This document shows positions 1 to 11,644 of a DNA stretch of 64,000 bases, piece after piece (position 1 is the first letter of the stretch; each line of letters begins with the position of its first letter). Below the pieces are notes generated by a model, which worked only from the letters and a program-made list of their open reading frames with translations, made no database searches and was not told the DNA's origin. Location of the stretch: contig OZ024743.1 in the NCBI GenBank assembly GCA_964016885.1, forward strand, positions 128,774,001 to 128,838,000, written 5' to 3'. A program made the translations under genes and the position numbers. The stretch comes from Eledone cirrhosa (taxonomy: Eukaryota).

Positions 1-63
1 AACTATTATTCATGTTAATCCAATAACAATAACTATTTCATAATTCATTATTATACCCTTCGT

Positions 64-127
<64 letters not shown>

Positions 128-190
128 ACGAAGGGTATAATAATGAATTATGAAATAGTTATTGTTATTGGATTATCATGAATAATAGTT
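1..190. repeat. Near-perfect inverted repeat (~66-bp arms) centred on a (TA)n tract; may extend left of the window
   Basis: 1-66 (aactattattcatg...cccttcgttaaa) is the reverse complement of ~124-190 (tttaacgaaggg...catgaataatagtt), with one visible mismatch. Confidence 0.9.
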
Positions 191-489
191 GAAATCACAA
201 TAATAAGAAGAATAGGTGTAATAACGAAAATATAAAGAATAAATGATTTGGTTATATATAGTTTACTTCACGTGAATCAATTAAAAAGTACATATAAAAC
301 TGTTACCAAGAGTTGTTAATGTTGTTATTGTTGCTGTTGTGGGGCTGTTGTAGTCTGTTGTTGTTGTTGGTGTGAAAACAGCGAGCGGCAGATAATTGTT
401 GTTGTTGTTGGAATTTGGAGTCCGTGGTAGTAGTTGTGAGACCGTAGTTAGTGAGAGAGAGAGAGAGAGAGAGAGATATGGTTTGTATA

Positions 490-815
490 TCTCTAAATGG
501 TCTGTAATTGGTTGGAGACCACTGTGGCGTGTACATGGTCTGTAGTAGTAGGGCTCAAATCTCTCTGTGTGTATCTGTAGGCCTCATGGGGTCTGTTGAT
601 AGTGGTGAATCCTTTCATAGTTTGTTGTATGTCGTGGTGCTCCGATGTCTCTGTGTTTCTGTAGACCTCAAGGGCCTGAAGGTAGCGGTGAATCTTTACA
701 TAGTTAGTTGTGTATCCTAGCGCTTCGATATCTCTGTGTCTGTAGACCCTTGGGGTCTATTGATAGCAGCAAATCCTTACATAGCTTGTTATAGGTGTAA
801 TGCTCCGATGTATCT
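490..815. repeat. Degenerate ~81-84-bp tandem repeat, 3-4 copies
   Basis: The motif tctgtag(a/g)cc...gatag...aatc(c/t)tt(a/t)catag recurs at 574, 658 and 739. Confidence 0.65.
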
Positions 816-974
816 CCTTGAATGGGATGATAGCACAGGCTTAATATACCTGTCGCTTCCTGTCCACAACCTGAGGGGATAGTCAACACATCAACCTGTC
901 TACACCAAAAAGGTGTCGACCTAGAATTTAACCTTTAGGTTACACCCAAAGTTCAAGGCGTGGACAGATTTCGC

Positions 975-1045
<71 letters not shown>

Positions 1046-1142
1046 TCAGGCCCCCAACGGCTGAGCTCCAACCGTTTCGACAGCTAGATCCGAACAGGAT
1101 CTAGCTGTCGAAACGGCCGGAGCTCAGCCGTCGGGGTGCTGA
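1046..1142. repeat. GC-rich ~45-bp stem-loop next to a (TA)n(GA)n tract
   Basis: acggctgagctcc..ccgtttcgacagctagatcc / loop gaaca / ggatctagctgtcgaaacgg..ggagctcagccgt. Confidence 0.85.
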
Positions 1143-1602
1143 CTGTTTTCCTGTTACCCACTCTACTACCCTAAGTATTGAGTACTCTGGTGCATTATGG
1201 TCCACCTGGTATCTTGTCACACCCTCTTTGTTATATATATATATATATATATAAACTGTTGTATTGTGAAAAAGCAGCCCCCTTTTCACACTACAACAGT
1301 TTTTTACAGGCAGTCCGCGAGTCAAATTTTCATTTTTCATTTTTCATTTTTCATTTTTCATTTTTCAATTTTCATTTTTCATTTTTCAATTTCCTATTCT
1401 CCTTTCCCTATCTTCCATGATAAGTTTGGGTTCAACCCTGTAATTCAGTCGAGGTTACCTGATGAGCACGTCCTGTCTTGTATCATAATTGGATGATGGA
1501 GCTGGGCCATTGAACATGTATAGTGATATCAAGGAATTAAAATTTTACTGCATATCTTCCAGTCCGGCCTTCTGTTGTCTTTTTATAATATATATTAATC
1601 TC

Positions 1603-1860
<258 letters not shown>

Positions 1861-3559
1861 TAGGTTTGTTGGTTCACCACCGGATAGAATTGGTCATTCC
1901 GTATGGTCAATCTTGATGTAATATTATGGAAAGTACTCAACTTAGTGCAGTTGACCCGTCTTCGTTTGTGTAGTTGGTGGTGCGAATAGTTGGTGGTCCA
2001 TAATATTGCATCAAGATTGACCATACGGAATGACCAATTCTATCCAGTGGTGAACCAACAAACCTAGATAAATAATGCTCCGATAATGTTGAGCACTTTC
2101 AGATGTAACATTGAACAGCGGCACTCACTTCAGTGTACAGCTATTGCCAGCATGGGATTAACTGATCTACTTACCATTCGGATTTTGGCTGCTCTGTGCT
2201 TTGTCTACCGCCCACCCGATCCAATGCTGCTTCCTTGTCGGGAATATTCGGATTCCGACAAAATTCTACGTATTATACTTAAAACATGTTTTGTATTGAC
2301 TGAATTCTCTACTCTATACTTCAGGACTTTTTGTGATTCACACTGAGTTCTGGGCCCGAACTTACACTAGGTACCACCATTCCATCTCTTCTATCCTCTA
2401 TATCTATATGTATAACCTTGTATTATCTTACTGCAACTTGATCTATTTTGTATTTCCCCTTTGCTTTGATTCCTCCGATATGTTCTTATATACTTCCTCC
2501 GTCTCACTACATCACTACCCTAGCTATGACGGCGTTTTATTTATTTATGTATTTTACTTTTTATTAATGTATCTTTGTATCCTGCTTTTATTTATTTATG
2601 ATTTTCTGCTTATTATTCCTTACTCAGGTCTTTATGCACCTTTCATAGTTCCCTACCCACCAAAGAACCACACTACTTATAACCCGGACTAACTGGGACT
2701 TAAGAATAATTATAGTCTATTTTCATTGGGTTTTCCACTTTTGACTGATGTGGTAGCTTTCCCGGTTGTGCGCCGGGCGCTCGGAAAGTTCAGCCTTCCT
2801 TGAGTACTTGGAAAAATAAATTTCCCCTCTTTCGGTAAATGAAATTACACGGAAAGGTTGGATTTGCCCCGGAGCCCGCCGCGCCGCCTGTTTTGACCGC
2901 CATATTATACTTATACCTATAAACTCTGGACTTAGGCATTACTGTTAGCTGTATCATGCCTCCCTCTACTGGCACGTAAATAAACCCCTCCTATGTGAAT
3001 TAATATTATTCGTTTGGTATAGACGATGGCCTGTCGAAGATGGTAGACTTTCCCGCTAGCACACCCGGGGCCTATGGCAGTCACGTTCCTAGAGTACTCG
3101 GAAAAATTAATTTCCATTTCTTTCGCTAGACGATACCACTCGAAACTGGCTGACACGTGGTTAGGAGGTGCTGGTTGGGATTTACAATCGAAGGCTTTAA
3201 TCTTTACTCTATATCCCACCTGGATAACTTATAGGGATTCCCAATAATACACTTAAACTTTTTCATATAAGACTCTCTCTGTAGTTTCATTAAATAAATC
3301 CCGCAACACAAACCTTTAATTTTTTAATAATTTTCTAATTATTTAAAAAATTTCTTTTAACTCTTAATTTTTTAAAACTTTTAATTTAATTTCATCCTAT
3401 AACTCTTAACATAAGTTAACGTTCCAATTTTCTGTTCACACATTTGACCATACAGACACCCATTATATATGCCTTTGTTAAAATATAGGTTCTTTGGAAT
3501 AACATTTTTCGCGGCGTTTTCTTGCCGGTCTGTAGTGTGACCCGTACGGTGACTTTTCT

Positions 3560-3644
<85 letters not shown>

Positions 3645-3936
3645 TCTTTTTTTTATTTTCTGACGGAGAGGTGGTAGTACACTATAAGCCTTCGCCCCTT
3701 CACCAGATGGTCATTAGTAGACCGAATAGCCAACACTTGAGGGCGACTGACCGAGGCGAAAACAGCTGGTTGGTCAGTCGTCCTCTCTGTCTCTGATTTT
3801 CGGACCCATGGATTTTTATATATTCCTTTGTTATATTTCGATCACCGGATTCATACGGAACCCGGTCATTGAAATGACCATAGTATAATAAACTTTTCAA
3901 GGATTTACACCAGTCCAGCCTCTTGTTATTTTATTC

Positions 3937-3938
<2 letters not shown>
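1861..3938. mobile_element. (TA)n-flanked composite element sharing both termini with the 12207-12740 element; probable Penelope pLTR-derived, with ~1.6 kb of unidentified interior
   Basis: 1861-1990 matches 12208-12335 and ~3785-3938 matches ~12575-12740. An internal inverted repeat spans 1861-1930/1997-2066. TA tracts lie on both sides. Confidence 0.6.
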
Positions 3939-3996
<58 letters not shown>

Positions 3997-4079
3997 AAGT
4001 TTTATTTAAATTGTTGGGTTACAACGAGTAAATATTTATAACTGATATAAAAGCACTCAACAAGTATTTGGAGTATATT

Positions 4080-4441
4080 TACGATATTAAATAAATGGAA
4101 ACTATATTTATAAAACCATATTTATTTCATTATATATATTTCAGGGATATCATATTAAAAATATGGTATGCCTTCATCAGACAAAATACAATATAAACAG
4201 TCTTATAAATAGATAGATTTGACATACCTTACAACTACAACTTCCATTTAAAAAGTTGATTTGGTAGTGAAAAATGTTAGGGACAGTTATAAAAAGAAAG
4301 AAAGAAAGAAAGCGAAGAAAAAGAAGAAATGCATGCAACGAAAAACAGAGAGAGATAGATATAGAGAGATAGATAGAGAGAAGAAATTCATGTAAAGAAA
4401 AAACAGAGAGAGATAGATAGAGAGAGAAAAAAAACAGAGGG

Positions 4442-4484
<43 letters not shown>

Positions 4485-4852
4485 AGAGAGAGAAAAAATA
4501 GAGAGAGATAGATATAGATAGAGATAGAGAGAAAGAAAATAGGTAGTTGGGCACCAGTTGAATGACGTATCAATGATATATTTATTTATTTATTTATTTA
4601 TTTAGTTCTAGTATTAAGGTAGAGAGAGATATATGTGGTTAGGAGAGAAAACAGCCGTTACATAGAGAGAAAAGAAAAATATCCAGAGATAAACGAGGCA
4701 GATTTAAAACATTATGTTTCATCAATCTAAAAATATCAATTCGTATGAATTAGGTATTATAATGTAAATATCAGTATTCATGAATGAGACACGTATCAAT
4801 AATGTGTGAAAAATAATGATCATATGTCTAGTTTAAAATTCCTAGGTTTATA
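4080..4852. repeat. Left pLTR arm, inverted relative to 7349-8129
   Basis: Near-identical reverse complement; the ORF track shows mirrored spurious peptides (4388..4573- and 7628..7972+). Confidence 0.95.
4123..4188 (-). ncRNA. Minimal type I hammerhead ribozyme in the Naiad pLTR (element-sense copy)
   Basis: tattttgt-CTGATGA-aggcataccatatt ttt aatatgatatccct-GAA-atatatat-A-atgaaata: 8-bp stem I with two G-U pairs, long stem II, palindromic stem III. Confidence 0.75.
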
Positions 4853-5620
4853 ATCAGAGCTGAGTTAAAAAAACTGAGATAAAAAACTGAGATAAAAAAA
4901 CTGAGATAAAAAACTTAAAAAAAAAATTGAAATACATAAGTATATATGCACTTTCATGAAAAAAAGAAAAAGAAAATAGGTTATCCCAGATTCGATACTA
5001 TAGACATCCATGTGAATTTACGTGATCAACTCTGCAAATTCTTATTTCACATGAAAACATTCTCATTGTGCTATAAAAATTCTAGTATACATATATGTGC
5101 ACATACACACAAATATTATAGAATCTACATTAATTTTAACAATACTATTCTTGTCTTTACTCTACATGATTATCGTTCAAGCATAAATAGACAACAGATA
5201 TCAATATATCAATAAAAACAGATATCAATATATCAATAAAAATATTTAAAAAAAAATTAAAAAATATTAAAAATAAAACACAGTATGCCCCGCAAATCAA
5301 CCACAGAAATCAACCCTTCAGAATTAATTGACAATATATTGCCAAGTTCATTATAAGCATCAGAATCAAGAGCAAACAAAACCAAAATTATTTACCAAAT
5401 CCTGTCTAGCAGAAATCATTCCAAAAGCTTAGGATACCCATTTGATCTACAGATGGTCTTATATTTATTATAGGAGTTTATCTAGTGTAAAATGTATTCG
5501 ATATATTTGGAGCATCAGCTTTTAGGGTAGTTTAATTATTCATGAAGAATGTTTAAAAAAAAAAAATCGAAAGATTTATCGGCGAGTTTCATAAATAATT
5601 ACAAATCATAAGTAAATATA

Positions 5621-7255
5621 CTACATTTTAAATTTATATTTATATTTAAAAGTTGAGTTCAATCTATGTCTGCAGCAACTGAATAAATTTGTCCGTAGAT
5701 TAAGGGAATTTTTAGATTTTAGTATAAAGAATATCTCCTCCGCGCAGAGGTCACATGTCTCAGAAGATGAATTAAAAGGAATCCCTCTTGAGACTATATT
5801 CCAAGCCGTCGAATATCCAACGTTATCATGCTTAAGTTGCCAGAGTAAGCCTGATAGTGATGTTGAAGATTTTTTGCTTGGATCTGTGAAAGAATTCTTG
5901 TGGTTATTATAGCGAAGTTTAAATTCTGTTGAGGTGGAACCAACACAGTTAAAAGAATTTAAGTCCGTTTTAACATTACAGTTGTATATTATATTTTTAA
6001 CTAAGCAATTGTTATTTAACGGACATTTAGATCTATCTCTACAGTTACATTTGTTTACTTGGATATTATTTATGCTATTATCGGTATTTTGGCTAGGTTT
6101 TAAATTCCTATTATTTATTCTATTAATATTTTGTGCTAAATTTTTGGTGGATGAGTAAGTTAATTTTATAGTATGTCTATTGAAAATTGAGTGATACTTA
6201 TGTGTTCTAGGGAAGCGATTATCAAGAGCATTAAAAAATAGTTTAGCGATGTGGGTTTTAATGTTTAGTGAGAAAGGGAGGGGGGCAAACCATATTATAT
6301 TCCTAGTTCTATTTCTTTTTTGGCTTTTGGAATTATTGTAATGCTTTCTATTATAGTTGTTAAAGTTGTTGCCGTAATTAAAATTGTTGTTATTTTGGTT
6401 AGTTTGTCTATTATTATCTATGTACATAATTTTATCACTATATCCTGCTCTAGCTAACGCTTCATTGTAATACTGGGCTTTTTCGTCGAAAATCTTTTTA
6501 TTAGATGAGATTCTAGAGATACGTTTTTGAACAGAGTTCACTATAGTATTTTTAACAGATCTGGGGTGGTTAGAGTTAAAACTGACATAGTTTAAGTTTT
6601 CATTCAACTTGTGAAATGGATAGTGAAGACATGTGTTGAGATTTAATGTTACATCTAGGAAATTGACTATTCTATGGTTATTCTCAATTTCTATTTTTAG
6701 ATTAAAGTAATTAAAAAATTGTATAATTTGTTTTCTTTTTCTATTTAGTTCAGAGTTATTATTTTCAATAAGTAAAAGCATGTCATCTCTATATAATCCT
6801 CCGGTAGCACCGGGTATTTTCCTATGCAGCGAATTAATTATAAATAGGCCCACAAGGTCAGTTACCTGAGCTGAGTCGGATGATCCCATAGTAATGTCGA
6901 AATTGTTATCTCTATCTGCTCTCGTCCATAGTTGGTTATTAAATTCTATCAATGTTTTCCTAGCCGATAATATAATGTGCATTTCATTGCTAGTTAGGTC
7001 TGTATGTTTGAATGCGTAATTTAGTGCCTTATTTAGTAGATTAGGGGTAATAGATGAATAATAGTTAGCAATATCTAGTTGAATAAATTTATTATTATTG
7101 TTATATTTAATTTCTTTAAACCACTCAATAACCTCTCCAGTTCCCTTCCACAAGCTCAAGTTAGGTAAACAATTCAAGTTTTTAATTTGCTGTATCACCC
7201 TGTCTAGAATGTTTTTGTTAAGTTTACCCAGGTCAGATTTTGATGGTGCAATCAA
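5621..7255 (-). CDS. Penelope-like reverse transcriptase + GIY-YIG endonuclease (Naiad-like), N-terminally truncated
   Basis: RT motifs QLDIANYYSSIT, DITMGSSDSAQV, GLYRDD and VNFLDVTL. Linker CNCRDRSKCPLNNNC (CxCx5Cx5C). Endonuclease IIY...CVGST..FKLRYNNH...CDLC..E. An upstream MKDHK motif lies in another frame at ~7290-7315. Confidence 0.9.
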   Translation of the reverse strand: MIAPSKSDLGKLNKNILDRVIQQIKNLNCLPNLSLWKGTGEVIEWFKEIKYNNNNKFIQLDIANYYSSITPNLLNKALNYAFKHTDLTSNEMHIILSARKTLIEFNNQLWTRADRDNNFDITMGSSDSAQVTDLVGLFIINSLHRKIPGATGGLYRDDMLLLIENNNSELNRKRKQIIQFFNYFNLKIEIENNHRIVNFLDVTLNLNTCLHYPFHKLNENLNYVSFNSNHPRSVKNTIVNSVQKRISRISSNKKIFDEKAQYYNEALARAGYSDKIMYIDNNRQTNQNNNNFNYGNNFNNYNRKHYNNSKSQKRNRTRNIIWFAPLPFSLNIKTHIAKLFFNALDNRFPRTHKYHSIFNRHTIKLTYSSTKNLAQNINRINNRNLKPSQNTDNSINNIQVNKCNCRDRSKCPLNNNCLVKNIIYNCNVKTDLNSFNCVGSTSTEFKLRYNNHKNSFTDPSKKSSTSLSGLLWQLKHDNVGYSTAWNIVSRGIPFNSSSETCDLCAEEIFFILKSKNSLNLRTNLFSCCRHRLNSTFKYKYKFKM

Positions 7256-7348
7256 TCTGACTCATTCTGGTCATTTTCAAAATTTCTTTTGTGATCTTTC
7301 ATATTGATCTTGGGTTTCCTGGGCACGAAAGGTTGTGTTTTGTTCTCA

Positions 7349-7724
7349 TATAAACCTAGGAATTTTAAACTAGACATATGATCATTATTTTTCACACATT
7401 ATTGATACGTGTCTCATTCATGAATACTGATATTTACATTATAATACCTAATTCATACGAATTGATATTTTTAGATTGATGAAACATAATGTTTTAAATC
7501 TGCCTCGTTTATCTCTGGATATTTTTCTTTTCTCTCTATGTAACGGCTGTTTTCTCTCCTAACCACATATCTCTCTCTCTACCTTAATACTAGAACTAAA
7601 TAAATAAATAAATAAATAAATATATCATTGATACGTCATTCAACTGGTGCCCAACTACCTATTTTCTTTCTCTCTATCTCTATCTATATCTATCTCTCTC
7701 TATTTTTTCTCTCTCTCTCTTCTC

Positions 7725-7767
<43 letters not shown>

Positions 7768-8129
7768 CCCTCTGTTTTTTTTCTCTCTCTATCTATCTCT
7801 CTCTGTTTTTTCTTTACATGAATTTCTTCTCTCTATCTATCTCTCTATATCTATCTCTCTCTGTTTTTCGTTGCATGCATTTCTTCTTTTTCTTCGCTTT
7901 CTTTCTTTCTTTCTTTTTATAACTGTCCCTAACATTTTTCACTACCAAATCAACTTTTTAAATGGAAGTTGAAGTTGTAAGGTATGTCAAATCTATCTAT
8001 TTATAAGACTGTTTATATTGTATTTTGTCTGATGAAGGCATACCATATTTTTAATATGATATCCCTGAAATATATATAATGAAATAAATATGGTTTTATA
8101 AATATAGTTTCCATTTATTTAATATCGTA
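7349..8129. repeat. Right (inverted) pLTR arm
   Basis: tataaacctaggaatt...ccatttatttaatatcgta is the reverse complement of 4080-4852. Confidence 0.95.
8021..8086 (+). ncRNA. Hammerhead ribozyme copy in the inverted pLTR
   Basis: Same sequence as 4123-4188, on the opposite strand. Confidence 0.75.
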
Positions 8130-8225
8130 TATATATATATATATATATTTATTAAAATAACAGATTAAAGTTTAAGCAAAGAATCGCTGTTTTCACCCTT
8201 AACGGGATCTTCTGAAACTTATTAT

Positions 8226-8298
<73 letters not shown>

Positions 8299-8313
8299 AA
8301 TATGTATATATAT

Positions 8314-8378
<65 letters not shown>

Positions 8379-8391
8379 ATAGTCAGTATAT

Positions 8392-8550
8392 CCGAAATTG
8401 CAGTTGCGAGTAGTAGGTTTGCAATCGATTTTGGCGGCTGCCACGAAGCACTCAATGAGAGAGAAATCAATAAATCAATCATCGGAGTAATCAACATAGG
8501 TTAGGTAATGTGGGACAATGAAAAATGCAACCAGATGCGTGTTGCCACCT
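8392..8550. repeat. ~160-bp dispersed repeat; second diverged direct copy at ~11086-11245
   Basis: ccgaa(a/g)ttgcag(t/c)tgcgagta...ggctgccacgaagcactcaatgagag...gcgtg(t/c)tgccacc occurs at both sites. Confidence 0.8.
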
Positions 8551-8643
8551 TAATACTACAACAACGAAAATACAAACAGGTTAAAGACGAACCTGGACCT
8601 GATAGATAGATATTAGATATTAAACGATAAATATCTTCGATAG

Positions 8644-10448
8644 ACGGAAAAATCAAACGAAATTTCATTTCCCACTCTTAGTACGGCTGTTACTTAAATA
8701 TAAGTATGTACACGTACATACTTATATGTATACAGACGTACAGTAGTATGTATATATATATATACATACATGCACACATACATATATGTACGTATGGATT
8801 CACCGAACATTTATTGTAATGCTCGGTGTGTTTGTAAACAAACAACCCGTATTAAGCCGTAGTGTCTAGCAACCATCGTTGCTCGTTTGTTCAACACTGA
8901 CAAAGGAACGCTGTACTAGTTTCAAGCTTATTAGCTATCGTCAGCAACGTATACCTTCCTGCCAGATTGTTGAACGTATATACTTACCTTATACATATTA
9001 ACGGCTGAGTAGCCCAATTTGCATATCGAGTGGGTTAATCTGCCGGGTGCACTGAAAACGATAAACGGAAAAAATGAAACGAAATTTCATTTCCCACTCT
9101 TAGTACGGCTGTTACTTAAATCTAAGTATGTACACGTATATACATACATGCATACAGACGCACAGTAGTATGTATATACATACATACATACATATATGTA
9201 CGTATGGATTCACCGAACATTTATTGTAATGCTCGGTGTGTTTGTAAACAAACATCCTGTATTAAGCCGTAGTGTCTAGCAACCATCGTTGCTCGTTTGT
9301 TCAACACTGACAAAGGAACGCTGTACTAGTTTCAAGCTTATTAGCTATCGTCAGCAACGTATACCTTCCTGCCAGATTGTTGAACGTATATACTTACCTT
9401 ATACATATTAACGGCTGAGTAGCCCAATTTGCATATCGAGTGGGTTAATCGGCCGGGTGCACTGAAAACGATAAACGGAAAAAATGAAACGAAATTTCAT
9501 TTCCCACTCTTAGTACGGCTGTTACTTAAATCTAAGTATGTACACGTATATACATACATGCATACAGACGCACAGTAGTATGTATATACATACATACATG
9601 CACACATATATATATGTACGTATGGATTCACCGAACATTTATTGTAATGCTCGGTGTGTTTGTAAACAAACATCCTGTATTAAGCCGTAGTGTCTAGCAA
9701 CAATCGTTGCTCGTTTGTTCAACACTGACAAAGGAACGCTGTACTAGTTTCAAGCTTATTAGCTATCGTCAGCAATGTATACCTTCCTGCTAGATTGTTG
9801 AACGTATATACTTACCTTATGCATATTAACGGCTGAGTAGCCCAATTTGCATATCGAGTGGGTTAATCGGCCGGGTGCACTGAAAACGATAAACGGAAAA
9901 AATGAAACGAAATTTCATTTCCCACTCTTAGTACGGCTGTTACTTAAATCTAAGTATGTACACGTATATACATACATGCATACAGACGCACAGTAGTATG
10001 TATATACATACATACATGCACACATATATATATGTACGTATGGGTTCACCGAACATTTATTGTAATGCTCGGTGTGTTTGTAAAAAAACATCCCGTATTA
10101 AGCCGTAGTGTCTAGCAGCCATCGTTGCTCGTTTGTTCAACACTGACAAAGGAACGCTGTACTAGTTTCAAGCTTATTAGCTATCGTCAGCAACGTATAC
10201 CTTCCTGCCAGATTGTTGAACGTATATACTTACCTTATGCATATTAACGGCTGAGTAGCCCAATTTGCATATCGAGTGGGTTAATCGGCCGCGTGCACCG
10301 AAAACGATAAACGGAAAAAATGAAACGAAATTTCATTTCCCACTCTTAGTACGGCTGTTACTTAAATATAAGTATGTACACGTACATACATACATGCATA
10401 CAGACGCACAGTAGTATGTATATATATACATACATGCACACATATATA
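8644..10448. repeat. Tandem repeat, ~410-421-bp unit, ~4.3 near-identical copies, each with a minus-strand exon-like cassette
   Basis: The unit anchor acggaaaaa...aaacgaaatttcatttccc occurs at 8644, 9065, 9475, 9893 and 10311. Confidence 0.95.
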
Positions 10449-10499
10449 GGTTTCTGGGAATCCGTAAGCTACACTCTAAGTTGCATAACATGCAAGTCA

Positions 10500-10685
10500 A
10501 TAATTGTTTCTACTTCAGGCACAAGGCCAGCAATTACCCAGTGCATTACTGGTACTTTATTTTATCGACCCCGTAAGGATGAAAGGCAAAGTTAACCTCG
10601 GCGGGATTTGAACTCAGACCGTAAAGGGACGTAACTATGCTGGAAAGCATGGCGTCCGACTCTCTACCAATACTGCCAATTCAAC
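10500..10685 (-). mobile_element. tRNA-derived SINE (family 1)
   Basis: Minus strand: A-box TGGCAGTATTGG, B-box GAGTTCAAATCC, then gaggttaactttgcctttcatcc..ggggtcgataaaataaagtaccag. Multiple copies occur in the window. Confidence 0.8.
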
Positions 10686-10852
10686 ATCCGGGTTTTGGTG
10701 GGTACATTCAAAAGTGTGAACAAAGGAATTTATTCACAACCTCGAAGTAAGCTCTCAACTAGGTTTTCAAACAAACAATAAATAATCAATTAGCTAATTA
10801 ATCAGTTAATCAATAATTAATTAATTATAAAGGCTAGGAGAAAATGATAATA

Positions 10853-11042
10853 ATGGTTTCTTATATAGGCACGAGGCCAGCAATTATCCCAGTGCATTAT
10901 TGGTACTTTATTTTATCGACCCCGTAAAGATGAAAGGCAAAGTTAACCTCGGCGGGATTTGAAATCAGATCACAAAGGGCCGTAACTCTATGCTGTAACG
11001 CATGGCGTCCGACTCTCTACCAGTTCTGCCAATCCACCGTCC
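10853..11042 (-). mobile_element. tRNA-derived SINE (family 1)
   Basis: Homologous to 10500-10685. Confidence 0.8.
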
Positions 11043-11246
11043 TAAATAATAATAATAATAATAATAATAATATTAGTGAGTATAACCGAAGTTGCAGCTG
11101 CGAGTAACAGGTTCGCAATCGATTTTTGGAGGCTGCCACGAAGCACTCAATGAGAGTGAAATCAATAAATTAATCCTCAGAGTAATCAACATAAGTTAGG
11201 TAATGTGACACAATGAAATATGCGACCAGAGGCGTGCTGCCACCAC

Positions 11247-11569
11247 AAAGTACCCCCTGGCATTGGCGGTCCTGGTTATTCGCAGAACTTTCCTCAGAGC
11301 CTAACTAATAATTGTTTGTGGAAACCCCCGTAAATATCTTCCGCCATTTTTTAATGTTTTTTTTTTTTTCATGGCAATATATATATTTTCACGCTTTCTA
11401 ACGCTAAATTATTAATAACAATATACGGTATTGCCGGTATTTGCCTGCCTTTATTTTAGTTTATGTTTTGACGGTTATCGGCATTTTTATGGACCACATC
11501 CAATATTCGCGGTTTTTCACTCTTCGCGGGTGCTCAAGGAACGTAACCCCGCAAATACCGGGGGACAAT

Positions 11570-11570
<1 letters not shown>
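11247..11570. mobile_element. Possible Tigger/pogo-type MITE remnant
   Basis: Loosely inverted ends (caaagtaccccctggcattggcgg; minus strand caattgtccccggtatttgcgg) resemble Tigger-like termini. Confidence 0.4.

Positions 11571-11644
<74 letters not shown>

Larger units (their letters stand above)
3993..8129 (-). mobile_element. Penelope-like retroelement (Naiad-type), 5'-truncated with an inverted pLTR, inserted in (TA)n
   Basis: RT+GIY-YIG ORF, ~770-bp inverted repeats at 4080-4852 / 7349-8129, a hammerhead in each repeat, and (TA)n on both flanks. Confidence 0.9.

Noticed and set aside
2790-3219. Endogenous viral capsid fragment
   Set aside because: No diagnostic viral motif is recognisable, so it is left unassigned.
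5621-7300. Selenocysteine recoding in the Naiad ORF
   Set aside because: No in-frame TGA occurs in the 544-aa frame. The nearby TGA ends the frameshifted upstream frame.
8980-8990. ATACTTACCT resembling the U1 snRNA 5' end, with an ATTTGCAT octamer nearby
   Set aside because: The downstream sequence shows no U1 stem-loops or Sm site. The match is better explained as the complement of a splice donor.
8644-10448. CRISPR-like array (also considered for 42-49 kb)
   Set aside because: Whole units are repeated, with no unique spacers and no cas genes, in a eukaryotic context.
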